From Candidatus Lambdaproteobacteria bacterium (GTDB lineage Bacteria > SAR324 > JACQKK01): a DNA stretch of 48,466 nt. Shown piece after piece: positions 43,887 through 48,466 of the stretch. The notes below the pieces were generated by a model that worked only from the letters and a program-made list of their open reading frames with translations, had not been told where the DNA came from and made no database searches. The position numbers were made by a program, and so were the translations under genes. Location: assembly GCA_016199125.1 (NCBI GenBank), contig JACQHH010000159.1:1-48466 (forward strand). Reading direction: 5' to 3'. Every line of letters starts with the position of its first letter. Position 1 is the stretch's first letter.

Positions 43887-45002
43887 ATGAGCACCCAACC
43901 CAGCAAGCCGCCGTTCAGGGCCGATCACGTGGGGTCGCTGCTGCGCACCCCGGAGTTGCTCGCGGCGCGCGGCAGGCATCACCGTGGCGAAATTCCCTAC
44001 CCGGCGCTCAAGGAGGTGGAGGACGCGGCCATCCGCCGGGCCGTCAAGCTGCAGGAGGACGTGGGCCTGCAGGCCGTCACCGACGGCGAATACCGCCGCA
44101 CGTTCTTTCACGTGGATTTCCTGGAAAAGCTGCAAGGCGTCAAGGTGAGCGGCGGGCTGCCCGTGAAGTTCCACAGCCGGGACCGCGAGGTGGAATTCTC
44201 CCCGCCGCGGTTGACCGTGGAGGGCAAGTTGCGCCGCACCAGGGGCATCGTGACCGACGATTTCGCGTTCCTCAAGTCGGTCACCCGGCGCACGCCCAAG
44301 GTGTGCATCCCCTCGCCCACCATGCTGCACTTCCGCGGGGGGCGTCAGGGCGTGGACAAGACGGCCTATCCGCAGATGGACGATTTCTTCACAGACCTGG
44401 CCCAGGCCTACCGGGAGGAGCTGGCGGCGCTGGGCAAGCTGGGCTGCACCTATGTGCAGCTCGACGACACCAACTTGGCCTATCTCTGCGACGAGGCGAT
44501 GCGCGCCCGCACGCGGGAGATCGGCGAGGATCCCGACGCGCTGCCGCGGCGCTATGCGCAGCTCATCAACCAGGCCATCGCAGGGCGGCCCAAGGACATG
44601 ACCGTGTGCATCCACCTCTGCCGCGGAAATTTCCAGAGCGCCTGGGTGGCCGAGGGCGGCTACGAGCCGGTGGCCGAGGCGCTCTTCGGGGAAATGGCCG
44701 TGGACGGCTACTTCCTGGAATACGACGACGAGCGCTCCGGGGATTTTCGCCCCCTGCGTTTCGTGCCCAAGGGCAAGAAAGTGGTGCTGGGGCTGGTGTC
44801 CAGCAAGGTCTCGGCGCTGGAGCCCAAGGACCTGCTCAAGCGGCGCATCGACGAGGCCGCGCGCTTCATGGCGCTGGACGATCTTTCCTTGAGCCCTCAG
44901 TGCGGATTTTCCAGCACGGTGGAGGGCAACCGCGTCAGCGAAGCCGACGAGATTGCCAAGCTCAGGCTGGTCATCGACACGGCGCGCGAAGTGTGGGGCT
45001 GA
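43887..45002 (+). CDS. Cobalamin-independent methionine synthase C-terminal-domain-like (MetE/CIMS family) Zn methyltransferase
   Basis: 371 aa. FRADHVGSLLRTPEL N-terminus typical of the stand-alone YxjG/YxjH-like group. Zn-ligand motifs IHLCRGNF (His-x-Cys) and SPQCGFSS (Cys). Confidence 0.8.
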   Translation: MSTQPSKPPFRADHVGSLLRTPELLAARGRHHRGEIPYPALKEVEDAAIRRAVKLQEDVGLQAVTDGEYRRTFFHVDFLEKLQGVKVSGGLPVKFHSRDREVEFSPPRLTVEGKLRRTRGIVTDDFAFLKSVTRRTPKVCIPSPTMLHFRGGRQGVDKTAYPQMDDFFTDLAQAYREELAALGKLGCTYVQLDDTNLAYLCDEAMRARTREIGEDPDALPRRYAQLINQAIAGRPKDMTVCIHLCRGNFQSAWVAEGGYEPVAEALFGEMAVDGYFLEYDDERSGDFRPLRFVPKGKKVVLGLVSSKVSALEPKDLLKRRIDEAARFMALDDLSLSPQCGFSSTVEGNRVSEADEIAKLRLVIDTAREVWG

Positions 45003-45056
45003 GCGGCGCTCCGCGTGTCGCCCGCGCCCCGATTGCGTCGCCGCAGGCGCCGGGTG

Positions 45057-46436
45057 CTAGAATGCGTAAACCCAGCTTGCCGCCAGCACGTCCGTGGTCA
45101 AGGCCTCGCCCAGAGTGGGCTGCCAGTATTGGGGCGTCTGCGTTTCACGCAGCGCCTCCGCCTTGAGCACGACGCCGTCGGCCAGGCGCCAGCGGTACGA
45201 CAGTCCGGCCTTGCTGCCCGTGCCGGCGACCGCGGCGTCGCGGTCGGACTTGAAGGCGATGCCCTCAGCGCGCAGGGTCAACAGGTGCGACGCATCCACG
45301 TACCAGCTCAGCAGCGCCGTCCACAGGGACGCCTCGAAGGCGCCCAGCCCGGTCTCAAAGTAGGCGCTGAACGTCGCCGCCTCGCTGCGCACCTCGAACG
45401 CACCGAAACGATAGGCTACGTAGAGATTGCTGAACGCATAGGGCTCCGCCCGTGCCGCCAGGGCGTTCCAGGTCAGCCCGGGATTCTGGGCGGCGGCCAG
45501 GCCCAGGCGCAGCGTGCCGGTCTCCGCGGGCCGGTCGAAAGCGGTCCATTCCGCCGCGGCATACACGGTCTTGGCGTTCAATCGGTCCGCGGTACTCTTG
45601 CGGTCGTCGTCGCGGGCGACCGGGCGGTTCAGCGTGGAGTTGTCCCCGGGGTAGAAACTGTAGGCCCCCAATCCGCCATTGGCCATGCCGAACTTGAGGG
45701 CCACGGCCTGCACCGGCCAGGCGATGACCTGCAGCCCGAAAGGATAGCCGCCACCGGCCAGGTACACATAGGAATGGCCGATCAGCCGGGCCTCCGGCGC
45801 GTCGCCCTCCTGCTGTTCGAGGGTCACGAAACCCGGCGCCCGCCCCAGCACGATGCGCGTATGGCCCAGGTGCCGCAGGGTGGCCGAGACAAAGGCCTCG
45901 TCCACGTCGAATTCGCGGTCGGTGGCCGCGACGCTATAGGCCTCGCTGTCCCGCGACGGATAGAAGTCGATGCTGGCCCGCGCGGCGTAGAGCACGTTGC
46001 CCTGCTCCCGCTGGGCGTCGAAGTTCAGATCCAGTTCATTCACCGTGAAAGTCTGGGACTGCGAGAAGAAGGTGAACTGGCTGTTGCCGAAGGCCCAGCT
46101 CAGGTCTCCGCCCGTGGCCTTGGGCCCGGACTGGGTGATGAGCACGGCGCCCACGTCCAGGAAGCCGCTCACCGTGAGCAGGGGCGCGCCCGTGCCCGCG
46201 GCGCCCGCCACGATGGGGTCTGCGAGCTGCGACTGCCCGAAGGGATCGCCCCCCGCCGGGGCCTGGGCTGCGGCGGGCCCGGCCGCGCACGCCAGCACGA
46301 CCACAGCGACGGCCGCGAGCAGATGCCGGGCCGCCGTAGCCGGAGAGGGAGTCGGGAGCTTTGCCATTGGGGAACCTGCCATGGGCGATGCGATCATGAT
46401 TAAAGGCGCGGGCCGCGTCACGGTGCCACGGATCAT
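45057..46436 (-). CDS. Putative outer-membrane beta-barrel protein, family unknown
   Basis: Ends ...LAASWVYAF (terminal Phe). Signal-like AARHLLAAVAVVVLACAAGPAAAQA. Amphipathic strand pattern throughout. ATG 46434-46436 forms an ATGA overlap with the upstream lipoprotein stop. ATG 46367 (MAKLPTPS...) is an alternative start. Confidence 0.6.
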   Translation of the reverse strand: MIRGTVTRPAPLIMIASPMAGSPMAKLPTPSPATAARHLLAAVAVVVLACAAGPAAAQAPAGGDPFGQSQLADPIVAGAAGTGAPLLTVSGFLDVGAVLITQSGPKATGGDLSWAFGNSQFTFFSQSQTFTVNELDLNFDAQREQGNVLYAARASIDFYPSRDSEAYSVAATDREFDVDEAFVSATLRHLGHTRIVLGRAPGFVTLEQQEGDAPEARLIGHSYVYLAGGGYPFGLQVIAWPVQAVALKFGMANGGLGAYSFYPGDNSTLNRPVARDDDRKSTADRLNAKTVYAAAEWTAFDRPAETGTLRLGLAAAQNPGLTWNALAARAEPYAFSNLYVAYRFGAFEVRSEAATFSAYFETGLGAFEASLWTALLSWYVDASHLLTLRAEGIAFKSDRDAAVAGTGSKAGLSYRWRLADGVVLKAEALRETQTPQYWQPTLGEALTTDVLAASWVYAF

Positions 46437-47020
46437 TGCTTGACCGCCGTGAAATTGCCCACCCAGGTATTCTCTCCCGGCTCCTCGGTCAGGCACAGGG
46501 AGCCGTCATAGCTGCCGCTCCAGTTGACCCCGGGTGGAAAGGGGGCCACGAAGCGCACCAGGCTCCCGGCCACCAGGGGCGACTCGTACTCGAAGTACAC
46601 TTTACCGAATAACTCGTCGATTCTGATGCCCAGGTCGGCGGTCTGGGGTTTCTGCTCAGCGGTATGTCCCAGGAACGCCGTCCAGCAGATGTCCGCATCG
46701 ATGTCGATGCGGCCCGTGGTCGCCCCGTCGCCATCCACGTCAAACGTGAGCGTCATGTTGCCGGTGGTGGCATGGGCTGCGCGGGTTTCCACCAGACCCG
46801 CCGTGCCGAATCCGTCCGGGGCAGCCTGCATCGCTGGATCGCCGCGAAAAGGCACGCTGGGCGTGCCCTGGGTGCGCGTGCCTACGTAGGTGCCCGGCAG
46901 GCCCGTGGTGGCCGCACCGGCGCCATCGTCGGCGCAGGCCGCCAGCCAGGGCAGTGCCGCCGCCAGCACCAGGCTCCCCACGGCCCTGTACACCTTCCAG
47001 CTCTGCGTTGCCGCGCCCAT
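46433..47020 (-). CDS. Small orphan lipoprotein (195 aa)
   Basis: ATG 47018-47020. MGAATQSWKVYRAVGSLVLAAALPWLAAC (lipobox LAAC). Asp/Gly-rich LTFDVDGDGATTGRIDIDADI. The rest of the 414-aa track ORF upstream is shadow. Confidence 0.6.
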   Translation of the reverse strand: MGAATQSWKVYRAVGSLVLAAALPWLAACADDGAGAATTGLPGTYVGTRTQGTPSVPFRGDPAMQAAPDGFGTAGLVETRAAHATTGNMTLTFDVDGDGATTGRIDIDADICWTAFLGHTAEQKPQTADLGIRIDELFGKVYFEYESPLVAGSLVRFVAPFPPGVNWSGSYDGSLCLTEEPGENTWVGNFTAVKQ

Positions 47021-47046
47021 GTCAGCCGCCTGGCCCCCCCCGCGCC

Positions 47047-47730
47047 TCAGTTGCTGTAGCTCTTGTACGGTTTGCCGTCCTTGTCCAGGTGCCGCAAGGG
47101 AATGCGCTGCAACAGCAACTGGAACTGCTGCGTCACCCGCGCGCCATCGGCAAAGTCCACCTCGCGCTTGACCGGCACGGCGCCTTCCACCCAGGCATAG
47201 ACCAGGTGCCGGCCGGGCGGGATGCCCTCGATGTGGTAGGCCCCGTGGGCGTCGCTGACGGCGAACTTGTTGTTGGGCAGCACCAGGATGCTGGCGATCA
47301 TCTCCGCGTGGATGTTGCAGAATACCGTCACGATGCCCAGGTTGGGAAACTCGACCGGCTTGGCCTCCGGGGAGCGATAGAGCCCCAGATCGAAGGAGCG
47401 CGCGCCTGACTTGGACCACACGTTGTGGAAGATGGGGTCGTGGTTGGGAAACTCCACGGTCTCCCCCTGGGTCACCACCAGCACCCGCTGGGAGAAGGAT
47501 TTGTTCTTCTGGATCAGTTGGGGGTGCCGGCCGGGCTGCGGCGCTTCGCGGAACCCGGCCACGAAGATCACGGCGTTCTCGTGCGACGCCATCTTCACGG
47601 GCCGCCCGTCCGTGGGCTCCCACAGCTCCACCGACCCGGTCAGCGTGGCCCCACTGGCGCACGCCGCAGCGGGCCATGTGCCGATCGCCACGACCAGACA
47701 GCTTAGCAGCATGGCGATCCGGTGGGGCAT
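47047..47730 (-). CDS. Periplasmic cupredoxin (amicyanin-like type-1 Cu ligand set) fused to a CarboxypepD_reg-like beta-sandwich
   Basis: ATG 47728-47730, signal peptide MPHRIAMLLSCLVVAIGTWPAAA. VVTQGETVEFPNHDPIFHNVWS (first His ligand). VTVFCNIHAEM gives Cys-x2-His-x2-Met, the spacing seen in amicyanin. The C-terminal SDAHGAYHIEGIPPGRHLVYAW resembles the carboxypeptidase regulatory-like fold. Confidence 0.7.
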   Translation of the reverse strand: MPHRIAMLLSCLVVAIGTWPAAACASGATLTGSVELWEPTDGRPVKMASHENAVIFVAGFREAPQPGRHPQLIQKNKSFSQRVLVVTQGETVEFPNHDPIFHNVWSKSGARSFDLGLYRSPEAKPVEFPNLGIVTVFCNIHAEMIASILVLPNNKFAVSDAHGAYHIEGIPPGRHLVYAWVEGAVPVKREVDFADGARVTQQFQLLLQRIPLRHLDKDGKPYKSYSN

Positions 47731-47920
47731 GTGCACACGTCCTGGCTGACGCAACCGTGCCGCCTGAGGACGGTGGCTGCGATGGTCATGATACGAAAGC
47801 AATCTGGCTGTTCTACCGGCGAAGGGCGCCTGCCGCGGCTGGCATCGCCGCCGCTCATGGCCGCTGCCGGTATGCTAATCTAGCGAAACACGCTGCATCT
47901 GGCAAAATCCACGGCATCCC

Positions 47921-48466
47921 ATGAACCTGCGCTTTCGCCACAAGTTGCTGCTCGCCTTTGCCCTGCTGCTGGTGGTGACGCTGCTTCCCGTGCTCGTGCT
48001 GGTCAACACCCAGATCGAGCGCATCAGCGCGGAGAAGATTACCGACGACCTGGTCAACACGCGCCGCGTGTTCCGCCGCTTCCAGCAGAACCAGATCTCC
48101 GGATACTCGGAGCGCACGTCGGCTTTCATTCTTACCCAGCCCGAGGTGCGCGCGGAAATCGCGACTTTGTCGGAGCAGGGCGGGCTGTTCGCCGATGCGG
48201 CCACCGGGGGCCCGCCGCCTGTGGGCTCCAAGGCAATCCCCCAGCTTTCCGCTGCGTCCCCGAACAAGCCCGTGCGGCGCGCAGGAGCCAAGGCCGGCAG
48301 CGATCCCTTCGGCGCGGCGAGCGAACAGGGCGGCGGCAGCGCAGAAGGCAAGGGCGGCAGCGATCCCTTCGGCGCGGCGAGCGAGCAGGGTGCCGGCAGC
48401 GCAGAAGGCAAGGGCGGCAGCGATCCCTACGGCGCGGCGAGCGAACAGGGCGGCGGCAGCCCGGGA
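47921..48466 (+). CDS. 5-prime part of a membrane sensor-like protein (runs off the window), containing a 20-aa tandem repeat
   Basis: Not in the ORF track because no stop lies in the window. ATG 47921, open to 48466 in frame +2 with G/C-rich third positions. MNLRFRHKLLLAFALLLVVTLLPVLVLVNTQIERISAEKITDDL is a typical N-terminal TM of signalling proteins. It is followed by a Gly/Ser/Ala-rich repeat region. Confidence 0.6.
   Translation, partial: MNLRFRHKLLLAFALLLVVTLLPVLVLVNTQIERISAEKITDDLVNTRRVFRRFQQNQISGYSERTSAFILTQPEVRAEIATLSEQGGLFADAATGGPPPVGSKAIPQLSAASPNKPVRRAGAKAGSDPFGAASEQGGGSAEGKGGSDPFGAASEQGAGSAEGKGGSDPYGAASEQGGGSPG
48291..48466 (+). repeat. 60-bp tandem repeat, about 2.9 copies, continuing to the window edge
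   Basis: Lines 48301, 48361 and 48421 are nearly identical (cgatcccttcggcgcggcgagcgaacagggcggcggcagcgcagaaggcaagggcggcag), with only a few substitutions between copies. The period is a multiple of 3 and encodes GSDPFGAASEQGGGSAEGKG. Confidence 0.9.

Noticed and set aside
47875-48411. 178-aa minus-strand ORF over the tandem-repeat region
   Set aside because: It is antisense to the plus-strand frame that begins with a convincing TM-containing N-terminus at ATG 47921 and has G/C-rich third positions. The minus-frame product is Pro/Ser/Ala low complexity generated by the repeat.
48291-48466. Possible CRISPR array
   Set aside because: The 60-bp units are directly contiguous with no unique spacers, are in frame within a coding sequence, and no cas genes are nearby. 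This is a coding tandem repeat.
1-48466. Search for mobile elements, defence systems, toxin-antitoxin pairs, tRNA/rRNA genes
   Set aside because: I found no transposase, integrase, recombinase or phage-like ORF. There are no long terminal inverted repeats and no compositional island apart from short AT-rich patches. I saw no T-loop-like GTTCGAATC motif in intergenic DNA and no nuclease, helicase or methylase signatures. A covariance-model scan (tRNAscan-SE/Infernal) and a defence-system HMM scan would be the decisive checks.

Overview
GC-rich (by eye about two-thirds G+C) chromosomal segment from a diderm bacterium, judged from porins, lipobox lipoproteins and periplasmic binding proteins. 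I call about 38 protein genes. I saw no rRNA, tRNA, CRISPR array, transposase, integrase, phage gene or recognisable defence gene. Layout: (1) 1-3414, the 3-prime 1137+ codons of a giant orphan protein, then a Zn-ADH. (2) 4808-9428 (-), a complete Liv/Bra-type amino-acid ABC operon (SBP-livH-livM-livG-livF). (3) 10020-15385, a porin, then pstS divergent from phoB-phoR, with conspicuous 11-bp-phased hexamer repeats in the intergenic region. (4) 15901-20325, a CBS-pair protein, a membrane-anchored SGNH esterase, and a converging carbamoyltransferase/SxtJ/DUF5989 trio. (5) 20686-34524, a roughly 14-kb catabolic block: C45 Ntn-hydrolase + HyuA/HyuB (+), converging on frc-like CoA-transferase, Oxc/HACL-like ThDP enzyme, FAH hydrolase and TRAP dctPQM (-), plus a divergent TfdA/TauD dioxygenase. 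(6) 34561-38172, a small membrane protein, a 765-aa internally duplicated orphan lipoprotein and a COG4315-type secreted protein. (7) 38703-45002 (+), a second Liv-type ABC operon with a fused permease-ATPase, ending in a MetE-C-terminal-like methyltransferase. (8) 45057-47730 (-), an envelope operon of amicyanin-like cupredoxin, small lipoprotein and OM beta-barrel. (9) 47921-end, the 5-prime part of a membrane sensor-like gene carrying an in-frame 60-bp tandem repeat. Most long ORFs in the supplied track that lie antisense to, or upstream in frame of, these genes are GC-rich shadow ORFs, and I rejected them. Nothing here is demonstrably a new system. The candidates most worth follow-up are the SxtI/J/K-like trio, the CoA-transferase/ThDP-lyase/dioxygenase/TRAP block, the C45-HyuAB operon, the two orphan giant proteins and the cupredoxin-lipoprotein-barrel operon. 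All family assignments come from motif recognition by eye, not from searches.
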